A stretch of DNA of 32,000 nt from contig NC_011979.1 in the NCBI RefSeq assembly GCF_000022265.1, positions 1,890,001-1,922,000 of the forward strand, given 5' to 3'. A program made the translations under genes and the position numbers. This document shows positions 8,662 to 16,582 of this stretch, in pieces; position 1 is the stretch's first letter; each line of letters begins with the position of its first letter. This stretch comes from Geotalea daltonii FRC-32 (lineage in GTDB: Bacteria; Desulfobacterota; Desulfuromonadia; Geobacterales; Geobacteraceae). Under the pieces are notes generated by a model, which was given only the letters and a program-made list of their open reading frames with translations, made no database searches and was not told the origin of the DNA.

Positions 8662-9736
8662 GCATCTTGAGGAATACTATGCCAACGTCATCGACAGCGT
8701 CGGCGATGGGGTGATCGTTCTTGATATCCAGGGGCTGGTGACGCTGCTCAACCCGGCAGCCGAAGAGATGGTCGGCATTTCCCTGCGCCAGGCCCGAAAG
8801 GCGCACTTTTCAGACCTGTTCAAGGGTGAGGAGATCCTGCTGGACATGGTGCATAAGACGGCACAGACCGGCATGACCATCTCCGACCACGAAAACATCA
8901 TTCTGAAGAAGGTGGGCAGGCTGATACCGGTGAGCGCCACCACGTCGCCGCTGATGAAGGCTGACGGCGACAGGATCGGCACCATCCTTATCCTGCGGGA
9001 TCTGACCAATATCCGCGAGCTGGAAGATGCTGTCCGCCAGGCAGACCGGCTTTCTTCACTGGGGGCACTGGCTGCCGGCCTTGCCCATGAAATAAAAAAC
9101 CCTCTGGGGGGAATCAAGGGGGCGGCGCAGCTCCTGGAGATGGAGCTGCCGGACAATCCCGAGTTGCGTGATTATACCAGGGTAATGCTGAAGGAAGTGC
9201 AGCGGGTCAATCGCATCGTCGAGGATCTCCTGGCCCTGGCGTCTCCCCGCAAACTGGAACTTTCCAAGGTCAACCTGCACAAGGTCCTTGGGGACATCCT
9301 CCTTTTGCAGAAGAGGGCAGTTGACGGGCGCAGGATTACCTTTATCCAGCAGTTCGATCCCAGCATCCCTCCCATATTAGCCGATGAATCGCTGTTGACG
9401 CAGCTTTTTCTCAACCTGATCAAGAATGCCGTGGAGGCGGTGGGGGATGGAGGGCAGGTGAAGGTGAAGAGCCGCATCCTCTCGGACTACAGCATGATGC
9501 CCAAAGGGGAGGGCCGCTCCCGCCTGGTGGCCATCGACGTGTGCGACGACGGCCCCGGCATCGACAAGGAAGAGCTGGATCATCTTTTTACCCCGTTCTA
9601 CACCACAAAGAGCAAGGGTACCGGTCTCGGGCTTGCCATCTGCCAGAAGATCATCGCCGAGCACCGGGGCATGATCAGGGTAGATTCGGAGCCCGGCAAG
9701 GGGACGGCATTCACGGTGATGCTGCCGTTAATTTAA
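8651..9736 (+). CDS. ntrB: PAS-domain sensor histidine kinase, NtrB-like
   Basis: The H-box LAHEIKNPLGGIKGAAQLL is nearly identical to enterobacterial NtrB, and the HATPase N, G1 and G2 boxes (DDGPGI, GTGLGL) are present. The gene overlaps dusB by 11 nt, matching the classic nifR3-ntrB-ntrC order. Confidence 0.85.
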   Translation: MPIEHLEEYYANVIDSVGDGVIVLDIQGLVTLLNPAAEEMVGISLRQARKAHFSDLFKGEEILLDMVHKTAQTGMTISDHENIILKKVGRLIPVSATTSPLMKADGDRIGTILILRDLTNIRELEDAVRQADRLSSLGALAAGLAHEIKNPLGGIKGAAQLLEMELPDNPELRDYTRVMLKEVQRVNRIVEDLLALASPRKLELSKVNLHKVLGDILLLQKRAVDGRRITFIQQFDPSIPPILADESLLTQLFLNLIKNAVEAVGDGGQVKVKSRILSDYSMMPKGEGRSRLVAIDVCDDGPGIDKEELDHLFTPFYTTKSKGTGLGLAICQKIIAEHRGMIRVDSEPGKGTAFTVMLPLI

Positions 9737-9740
9737 AAAA

Positions 9741-9884
9741 CGTTCGGAGTTCGGCGTTCGAGGTTCGAGGTTGAAAAGCCTTCAACGTCGAACTTCGAAC
9801 TTCGAACATCGAACTTGAGGTTCGGTTCTATGGTTGAAAAGCCTTCAACATCGAACGTCGAACTTCGAACATCGAACTGAGGTT
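9741..9884 (+). repeat. Heptamer-based inverted and direct repeats (GTTCGAN / TCGAACN) forming long imperfect hairpins in the ntrB-ntrC spacer
   Basis: The left arm 9742-9775 and right arm 9781-9814 flank the loop AAGCC. A roughly 52-nt unit (9769-9820) is repeated at 9832-9882. Confidence 0.9.
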
Positions 9885-9887
9885 TTT

Positions 9888-11330
9888 ATGCCGATCAACA
9901 ACATTCTAGTCGCCGACGACGAAGAGAGCATGCGCTGGGTCCTGTCCAAGGCCCTGAAGAAAAAAGGGTTCAACGTGGACCTGGCCAAGGATGGCGACGA
10001 GGCCCTGCGCAACATCAAGATGCACAGCTATGATCTGGCGATTCTCGATATCAAGATGCCCGGCCTTTCCGGGCTGGAACTGCTGGACCGGGTGCGGGAG
10101 CTGAAGAGCGACCTTCTGGTGGTGATCATGACAGCCGAGGCGAGCATGAAGAACGCCGTGGAGGCCATGAAGCGGGGCGCCTATGACTACCTGACCAAGC
10201 CCTTCGACCTGGATGTCATCGACGCCATTGTCGAGAAGGTGAACCGGGCTAGGGAGATGACCACCCAGGTGACCCTGCTCAAGGAGGAGCTGAAGGACCG
10301 TTACCAGCTGGAAAAAACCATCATCGGCAATTCCCCTGCCATGCGGGAGATCTACAAGACCATCGGCAAGGTGGCTCCCAGCGACGTGACCGTCCTTGTC
10401 CAGGGCGAATCGGGAACCGGCAAGGAGCTCATTGCCCGGGCCATTCACTTCAACTCCAAGCGCCTCGGCAAGCCGTTCGTTGCCCTCAACTGCGCTGCCA
10501 TTCCCAAGGAACTCCTGGAGAGCGAGCTGTTCGGCTTTGAAAAGGGGGCATTCACCGGCGCCGTCGAGCGGAAGCTGGGCAAGTTCGAGCAGGCCAACAA
10601 CGGCACTATTTTTCTCGATGAGATCGGCGACATGCCCTTCGACCTGCAGTCGAAGATCCTGCGCGTTCTCCAGGAAAAAGAGGTCACCAGGACCGGCGGT
10701 AGCCAGACCATTTCCGTAGATGTACGGGTAGTGGCGGCGACCAACCAGGATCTGGAGGAAATGGTGCGGAAGAAGCAGTTCCGGGAAGATCTCTTCTATC
10801 GCCTCAATGTCATCCCCCTGCACCTGGTGCCGCTACGTGAGCGGAGCGAGGACATCCCGCTCCTGGTGGACTATTTCCTGGCAAAGGTCTGTGCCGAACT
10901 GGAAGTCCCGGTCAAGACCTGTTCACCCGATGCTATTCGCCTTCTTACCTCCTACAACTGGCCCGGCAATGTCAGGGAACTGGAAAATACCATCAAGCGG
11001 GCCGTTATCCTCTCTGTCGATCCACTGCTGACAGCTGCCGATTTCTCCGGCCTGCGGGTGCAGAAGGGTGGAGAACCGGTGCAGAGCGAAGATCTCTCAC
11101 TTGAAGGAATCGTCGATATCAAGCTGCGCGGCTCCTTTACCAACATGGAAAAGATGGAGAGCGGCGACGTCTACACCATGGTGCTGGAGCAGGTGGAGCG
11201 GCCACTTATCCGTTTTGTCCTGGAAAAAACCCGGGGCAATCAGGTGCGTGCCGCAGATATTCTCGGCATCAACCGCAATACCCTGCGCAAGAAGATTACT
11301 GAACTGGGGATCGAGGTGAAGAAGGACTGA
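9888..11330 (+). CDS. ntrC: Sigma-54-dependent response regulator, NtrC-like
   Basis: The product has a receiver domain (ILVADDEESMRW...LDIKMPG), an AAA+ domain (GESGTGKE, GAFTGA, ESELFG) and a Fis-type HTH (GNQVRAADILGINRNTLRKKITELGI). The ATG at 9888 follows GAGG. The upstream part of the track ORF lies in the repeat. Confidence 0.9.
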   Translation: MPINNILVADDEESMRWVLSKALKKKGFNVDLAKDGDEALRNIKMHSYDLAILDIKMPGLSGLELLDRVRELKSDLLVVIMTAEASMKNAVEAMKRGAYDYLTKPFDLDVIDAIVEKVNRAREMTTQVTLLKEELKDRYQLEKTIIGNSPAMREIYKTIGKVAPSDVTVLVQGESGTGKELIARAIHFNSKRLGKPFVALNCAAIPKELLESELFGFEKGAFTGAVERKLGKFEQANNGTIFLDEIGDMPFDLQSKILRVLQEKEVTRTGGSQTISVDVRVVAATNQDLEEMVRKKQFREDLFYRLNVIPLHLVPLRERSEDIPLLVDYFLAKVCAELEVPVKTCSPDAIRLLTSYNWPGNVRELENTIKRAVILSVDPLLTAADFSGLRVQKGGEPVQSEDLSLEGIVDIKLRGSFTNMEKMESGDVYTMVLEQVERPLIRFVLEKTRGNQVRAADILGINRNTLRKKITELGIEVKKD

Positions 11331-11337
11331 AACTTCA

Positions 11338-11391
11338 GTGATTGGTGACTTAAGGCAGTGATTGGTGCTTGGTGATTGGTTATTGGTGACT
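11338..11391. repeat. Second, degenerate GGTGATT-type heptamer array (GTGATTG GTGACTT ... GTGATTG GTGCTTG GTGATTG GTTATTG GTGACTT)
   Basis: I read this directly from the sequence. It begins 8 nt after the ntrC stop and ends about 20 nt before the next start codon. Confidence 0.9.
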
Positions 11392-11412
11392 TGTCTAATT
11401 AAAGGGGGGGAT

Positions 11413-11976
11413 ATGGGCGTGAAGGAAAAGTTTTTTCTCGACAGCGGTAATGCGGTACTGGTGGTGATCGATGTGCAGGAAAAGCTGTGCAAGGCCATGG
11501 ACGACAAGGTGCTGGCCAAGCTTTGCGCCAATGTATCCATCCTCCAGGAAGCGGCCGCCGAGCTCAGCCTCCCGGTCTTTGCCACCGAGCAGTACGTGAA
11601 GGGGCTTGGGGAAACCCTGCCTGAGCTGAAGGAGAAGCTGTGTTCGCCGGCATTGGAAAAAATGACCTTCAGTTGCTGCGGTGACCATAATTTCACCGAT
11701 GCGGTCAGGAAGACCGGCCGCAAGCAGATCATCATTACCGGCATGGAGACCCATGTCTGCGTCCTGCAGACGGTGCTGGAGCTCCTCGATGCAGGGTTTT
11801 ATGTGCACTTGGTGAAAGATGCGGTCATGAGCCGCAAAAAGGATAACTGGCAAGTGGGTGTGGACGCTGCCGCCGCCGCCGGAGCGGTCATCACCTCCAC
11901 CGAGGCCGTCCTCTTCCAACTGTTGCGGGTGGCCGGAACGGATGCCTTCAAGAAGCTGTCCAAGCTGGTTCGGTAA
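11413..11976 (+). CDS. Isochorismatase-family hydrolase
   Basis: The ATG at 11413 follows AAAGGGGGGG. The product has VLVVIDVQEKL, ITGMETHVCVLQT and an overall cysteine-hydrolase pattern. Confidence 0.85.
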   Translation: MGVKEKFFLDSGNAVLVVIDVQEKLCKAMDDKVLAKLCANVSILQEAAAELSLPVFATEQYVKGLGETLPELKEKLCSPALEKMTFSCCGDHNFTDAVRKTGRKQIIITGMETHVCVLQTVLELLDAGFYVHLVKDAVMSRKKDNWQVGVDAAAAAGAVITSTEAVLFQLLRVAGTDAFKKLSKLVR

Positions 11977-12000
11977 GCGCTGCCATATTTTTTCATCACA

Positions 12001-12029
12001 AAAAGCCCGGGGATCACCTGGGCTTTTTT
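12001..12029 (+). terminator. Rho-independent terminator
   Basis: The stem AGCCCGGG / CCTGGGCT has loop GATCA. It is followed by TTTTTT and lies 25 nt after the stop codon. Confidence 0.75.
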
Positions 12030-12143
12030 ATTTCCCGGGGTTTACACAGGCATGCATGGGTACCTTTATAAGCATGTTCGTATGGACAAATTTATGGTTC
12101 ATCCCGCTTTGTATTGAAAATTATGTCAGTACGGAAATCTTTG

Positions 12144-12183
12144 TTGTCTTTATATATGACTAGGCTATAGTATGTCCGTACGG
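12144..12183 (+). promoter_or_regulatory. Possible hipBA promoter with palindromic operator
   Basis: TTGTCT (12144-12149) and TATAGT (12166-12171) have 16-nt spacing. The perfect palindrome CCGTACGG (12176-12183) lies just downstream, and a half-related copy CAGTACGG lies at 12127-12134. Confidence 0.3.
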
Positions 12184-12229
12184 GAAATTTTTTTAGGACA
12201 AGAAGCATGTCATCAGGAAGGAGGCTGAG

Positions 12230-12502
12230 ATGGCCACCGATGAAGCGGATCCGGCTACCAATTACGGTAAAGTTTCCACATCCCGAGATATTGGCAGGAT
12301 TATCCGGATGAAAAGAAAGGAAATCGGCGTTCGTCAGGAAACCGCCGCCGGCATGTCGGGAGTGGGAACGAAATTTTTATCCCAGCTGGAGAACGGCAAA
12401 GAAACCGCTGAACTGGGCAAGACCCTGCAGATTTTACGAAAGCTGGGCCTTGAAGTATACGTGTTTCCCCGTTCCCGAAACCCTCTCAGGGGGGATAAAT
12501 GA
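12230..12502 (+). CDS. hipB: XRE-family HTH antitoxin, HipB-like
   Basis: The 90-aa product has the HTH segment RKEIGVRQETAAGMSGVGTKFLSQLENGK. A GGAAGGAGG RBS precedes the start. There is a 4-nt ATGA overlap with the downstream hipA. Confidence 0.85.
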   Translation: MATDEADPATNYGKVSTSRDIGRIIRMKRKEIGVRQETAAGMSGVGTKFLSQLENGKETAELGKTLQILRKLGLEVYVFPRSRNPLRGDK

Positions 12503-13737
12503 GCCGGAAACTGTTGGTGTTCCTGCAGGACAGCTGCGTGGGCGAACTGGTGCAAAGGGGAGACAGTCTCACTTTCACCTATGCCCCATCCTACTTCTCA
12601 ACAAGCGGTTCGCTTCCCCTTTCCCGTCATTTGCCTATTCGAGCGGCGTCATTTGGACATGAAGAGACCCATGCCTTTTTTGCCAACCTCTTGCCCGAAG
12701 GTGCCATGAGGGACTACCTGGCCCGGCAACTGGGAATTTCGGGCGAAAACGTCTATGCTCTTTTGGAAGCCGCAGGGGGCGATTGCATCGGTGCAATATC
12801 CCTGCGACCCGACGGAACCCCAGGTAAAGGAGGGACCTACAGGCCCATTTCCGAAGAGGAGCTTGCCCTACATCTTGACAATCTGCCGGTCTTTCCCTTT
12901 GCAGGTGAGGAAAATGTGCGCCTGTCTCTGCCCGGTGCCCAGAACAAGGTGCCTATTTATTTCGATGGTACCGGCTTCTTCGTTCCAGAGGGTGACTGTC
13001 CGTCGTCCCATATTATCAAGACACCCATAGAAAAACTGGATGACACAGTCGTTAACGAGGCCTTCTGCATGACGCTGGCAGCGAGAATAGGCCTGCCGGT
13101 ACCTATGGCCAGGCTTGCCTCCATTGCCGGCCGGCAGGTCTACATGATTGAGCGCTATGACAGGAAAAAGATCGATGGCGCTGTGATGCGGTTGCATCAG
13201 GAGGACTTCTGTCAAGCATTGGGAGTTCCACCGAGGCTTAATAAGTACGAGAAGGAGGGTGGCCCTGGATTTCAGGCCTGTTTCAGGCTTGTCGAGGAGT
13301 GGAGCGATGAGCCGCTGCTCGATACTGGAAATCTGCTGAATTGGGCCTTGTTCAATTTCCTTATTGGCAATGCCGATGCCCACGCAAAAAACCTGTCTTT
13401 CCTGTATGCCGGGGGGACCATAAGGCTGGCGCCATTTTACGACCTCATCAGTACGGCCGTATACCCGCGGGTGAACAACAAATTTGCCATGAAAATGGGG
13501 GGGCAAAAAGATCCGCGATATCTTCAGCAGACTGACCTGCAGCATTTTGCCGCTGAAACAGGCATCAATGTCCGTGCTGTCAGGTCAGCATTCCGAGAGT
13601 TGGCAATGGCTTGCGAACCGCTGGCTATGGCCGTGGCAGAGGAGTTTAGGAAAACAGCGGGTCCGGCCCCGATTATAGATGCGATTCTGAAAATCATTGC
13701 AGAACGCACCGGGAAAGTAAGAGCTTTGGCATCCTGA
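12499..13737 (+). CDS. hipA: HipA-family serine/threonine kinase toxin
   Basis: The product has a HipA N-terminal region, LSLPGAQNKVP, the catalytic GNADAHAKNLSF motif and PFYDLIST. Confidence 0.9.
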   Translation: MSRKLLVFLQDSCVGELVQRGDSLTFTYAPSYFSTSGSLPLSRHLPIRAASFGHEETHAFFANLLPEGAMRDYLARQLGISGENVYALLEAAGGDCIGAISLRPDGTPGKGGTYRPISEEELALHLDNLPVFPFAGEENVRLSLPGAQNKVPIYFDGTGFFVPEGDCPSSHIIKTPIEKLDDTVVNEAFCMTLAARIGLPVPMARLASIAGRQVYMIERYDRKKIDGAVMRLHQEDFCQALGVPPRLNKYEKEGGPGFQACFRLVEEWSDEPLLDTGNLLNWALFNFLIGNADAHAKNLSFLYAGGTIRLAPFYDLISTAVYPRVNNKFAMKMGGQKDPRYLQQTDLQHFAAETGINVRAVRSAFRELAMACEPLAMAVAEEFRKTAGPAPIIDAILKIIAERTGKVRALAS

Positions 13738-13839
13738 GCGAGCAACTGGGAGTGCCCCTGTGCAGCGTTAAGGAACAAAAATTGTTGTTTATGTATCTAA
13801 AAATTTATATAAACGAATATTATGTCATATGGAGGGTCT

Positions 13840-15600
13840 ATGAATCCCATTATCACCGTCTTTGTACTATTTGCGACCCTGTTGCCATTTACAGCATTGG
13901 GTACCACAGGCAACGACAGCTGCCGCAACTGCCATGAGAACCCAACGAGGATGCTCGAATTGGGAGCTCAGGCATTCACCATAACCCAGCAGGACGTGGA
14001 ACAGCAGAGCCACATGCCGGCCACTTGCAGCCAGTGTCATTTGGGAAATCCGGATGGGGCAAGCAAGGATGAAGCGCACCAGGGCTTGGCCCGCCTCATA
14101 CGGGTACGGAAGAAGGGCTTGACCGCGGATATTACCCCCCGCAATGCCCCTTTGGAATACGGCAGTAATGAGATGAACAAGATCTATGTAACAACTGAAA
14201 AGGACGGCAAAAGTATCAAGGATGCCAATGTTGTCGCCCTCTCATGGCATGATAAAAGGACCGACAATCTCACCCAGGACTTCGTCACTCTCAAAAAGAC
14301 CTGTGGAACTTGTCACCCACAACAGTTTGAGGAATTCAGCAGAAGCACCATGGGGACCAACGCCAAACAAACCCAGTACAAAAGCTGGATCGACAAAGAT
14401 CGCGGTCCCCACAATTGCGGAACCTGGTTCGACGGCAATTACGCGGAGATACAGGCCAATACCATGACTGCCATACCCAAAGATGGGTATGCCATCAACC
14501 AGAGGGCCTGCAATACCTGTCATGTCGGCTGCCTTGATTGCCATTTCAATCCGCAGCCGCGGAACGCGAAATTCCCGGCAATTGGTGCCCATAGCTTTGT
14601 CAAAACCCCCACATCCCAGAGCTGCTACGGCAACGGTCGTGCTTCCATCTGTCATGCCGGTCCCGAGGACAGGCGGCGCGGAGCCGGCTACTTTGGCGGA
14701 TCATTCTCTTTCCCCGAGGGGAACAAACCCGATGTTCATGTTGCCGCCAATGTGGGTTGTCTCGATTGCCATGAAAGCACAAAAACCAACAAGTCCCTTG
14801 GCCATGGCATGGTCAAACGCCAGGCCTATGATGCCTGCCCCCGTTGTCATTCCAAGGCCGTAAAGAGCCACGTCGCCTCTGTGCATAAAAACCTGTCCTG
14901 TGAAGCCTGCCATATTCAGCAGGTGGCTGGTTACCAGGGCACCTACTGGGGACCCGGCAAAATAGGGGGGGCCGAGACTGCTTTTCTGAAATACAAGGCC
15001 TATTACGGCATCATGCAGGAGCCGATTCTGATCAAGGACCAGAAAGGGAGATGGATTCCCGTCAAGCCTTTCCCCATGGCCGTCATGAACCAGAAGCAGT
15101 CACCCTACAAGCCGGGGCTGCAGTGGCGTTTTCCCGCCACATTGCCGGATCTGCAGCGGACCGACGATGCATGGGCTTACACCGGCCTCCATGGTGGCTT
15201 GCCTGAGAACAACAAGGCGCTGACCTGGCTTCAGATCGACAAGATGTCCCATAAGCTGGGAAAAGCCCGCAGCTGTGATTCATGCCATGAAGACTCGGCA
15301 GGCAGGCAGTTGCAGAAGGTTTCATGGGATTATTCCGATCCCGGTGCTGCCCCATTCAGTGGGTCCCACACGGTGATCGCGGATAAAACAGGCCTTTACA
15401 TAAAAGGGATAAAAGCAGACGAACCGATAATCCTTGAGAAGGGGTATACTCTATCCGCATTTGCGCCATGGTTCTATCTGAAGGAGATCTGGGCAGTGCC
15501 GGGGGATTTCTCCCTGCCCGCCCTTAAAGACCGGGTGAACTACGACCGGACGAAAGGCAACCTTCCCAGGCTGCGGGAAGATGGGATCGTGCACAAGTAG
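13840..15600 (+). CDS. Exported multiheme c-type cytochrome (9 CXXCH motifs)
   Basis: The ATG at 13840 follows GGAGGG, and a signal peptide is present. The motifs are CRNCH, CSQCH, CGTCH, CNTCH, CLDCH, CLDCH, CPRCH, CEACH and CDSCH. Confidence 0.9.
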   Translation: MNPIITVFVLFATLLPFTALGTTGNDSCRNCHENPTRMLELGAQAFTITQQDVEQQSHMPATCSQCHLGNPDGASKDEAHQGLARLIRVRKKGLTADITPRNAPLEYGSNEMNKIYVTTEKDGKSIKDANVVALSWHDKRTDNLTQDFVTLKKTCGTCHPQQFEEFSRSTMGTNAKQTQYKSWIDKDRGPHNCGTWFDGNYAEIQANTMTAIPKDGYAINQRACNTCHVGCLDCHFNPQPRNAKFPAIGAHSFVKTPTSQSCYGNGRASICHAGPEDRRRGAGYFGGSFSFPEGNKPDVHVAANVGCLDCHESTKTNKSLGHGMVKRQAYDACPRCHSKAVKSHVASVHKNLSCEACHIQQVAGYQGTYWGPGKIGGAETAFLKYKAYYGIMQEPILIKDQKGRWIPVKPFPMAVMNQKQSPYKPGLQWRFPATLPDLQRTDDAWAYTGLHGGLPENNKALTWLQIDKMSHKLGKARSCDSCHEDSAGRQLQKVSWDYSDPGAAPFSGSHTVIADKTGLYIKGIKADEPIILEKGYTLSAFAPWFYLKEIWAVPGDFSLPALKDRVNYDRTKGNLPRLREDGIVHK

Positions 15601-15673
15601 GCTAATTAAAGGGGAGCGTCCAATAAGCAGTCCAAGCTGGTGCGGCAGCACTGCTTAACGCAATAGGTGTGAC

Positions 15674-15705
15674 AAAGCCCGGGAGACATGCTTCTCCCGG
15701 GCTTT
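15674..15705. terminator. Bidirectional hairpin terminator between convergent genes
   Basis: There is a perfect 13-bp stem AAAGCCCGGGAGA / TCTCCCGGGCTTT with a 6-nt loop. A-rich sequence lies on the 5' side and T-rich sequence on the 3' side. Confidence 0.75.
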
Positions 15706-15730
15706 TCTATTCAAAATCCTTCTGTGTCTG

Positions 15731-16240
15731 CTATTGCAGGATAATATTTCCCACGTCCACGGTGCCGTCAGAGACAACCATGGCATAAAAGGTAGAAGTG
15801 CCAGTCACTGTCTGGGAACCGGTATCGAAACCTCCCAAGAGCGTAATCGATTTGGGAAGATCGGCAGTGAAGGTCTCGCCGTAATTGACATTGCGCATGT
15901 AAACAGTGCCCCCCTCCGGGGCATTGGCGTAAACCTCGTACAGGCTGCATTCGTTTGCACCCGCCACCGCAACACCGGCCCTGCTTGCTTCACAACTGTT
16001 CCCATAGGTGCGATTGTCGCAACCGCAGACCGGATTCCACATGGTAATGCACATCTGCGGCATGGCCGCGCATGTCCCCGGCCCACCGCAGGTCCCCGCA
16101 GGCTTGGAACAATAGTTGCCCGCTCCACATTCGCTTTTGAAGTAACACGTTGTGGCACCGGCTGCACACAGCGGTACTGCAGCGGCAAACAGGCAAACCG
16201 TTACCATCACTACCCACAGCCTTCTCACTATTCCTGTCAT
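15731..16240 (-). CDS. Secreted Cys-rich protein with a Kazal-type inhibitor-like domain
   Basis: The start follows a strong RBS (AAAGGAGGGAAC-ATG), and a signal peptide is present. C..MWNPVCGCDNRTYGNSCEA fits the Kazal core C-x-[YW]-x-PVCG-x-D-x2-TY-x-N-x-C. Confidence 0.8.
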   Translation of the reverse strand: MTGIVRRLWVVMVTVCLFAAAVPLCAAGATTCYFKSECGAGNYCSKPAGTCGGPGTCAAMPQMCITMWNPVCGCDNRTYGNSCEASRAGVAVAGANECSLYEVYANAPEGGTVYMRNVNYGETFTADLPKSITLLGGFDTGSQTVTGTSTFYAMVVSDGTVDVGNIILQ

Positions 16241-16582
16241 GTTCCCTCCTTTATGCCATTTGTAGCGGAGTTTAGTTAAATATCTTTATAGCTTTTATTT
16301 TGGGGAGATCAATAGATCTGTGGAGCTTTATTTGTGTGCCGTGTGCGGAGGGACTTTGAGATCAATTGCGCTGGCTACTTGGGCTGTTGCGGTTCTTTTT
16401 AATTTTTCCCATTGAGCTGCGTACATATTTGGTGTAGTGATTAGCATGCGCTGCAGGCGACCGGCAGTTGCAAGATGGGGAGATTTGCCTTTAGAGGCAG
16501 CGGATAAGCAGCAAAAGAGCATACCGGGCACTAAGCGTTCAATATCTAGGCAGAAATATTAATTCACTTATAAGGATAGGCT

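Noticed and set aside
9906-10823. 305-aa minus-strand ORF
   Set aside because: It is antisense to the ntrC AAA+ domain, so it is a shadow ORF.
16328-16531. 67-aa minus-strand ORF at the island border, a possible integrase or mobile-element remnant
   Set aside because: It has no RBS and no motif I can tie to recombinases or any other family. It lies in the AT-rich probable promoter region of the large gene.
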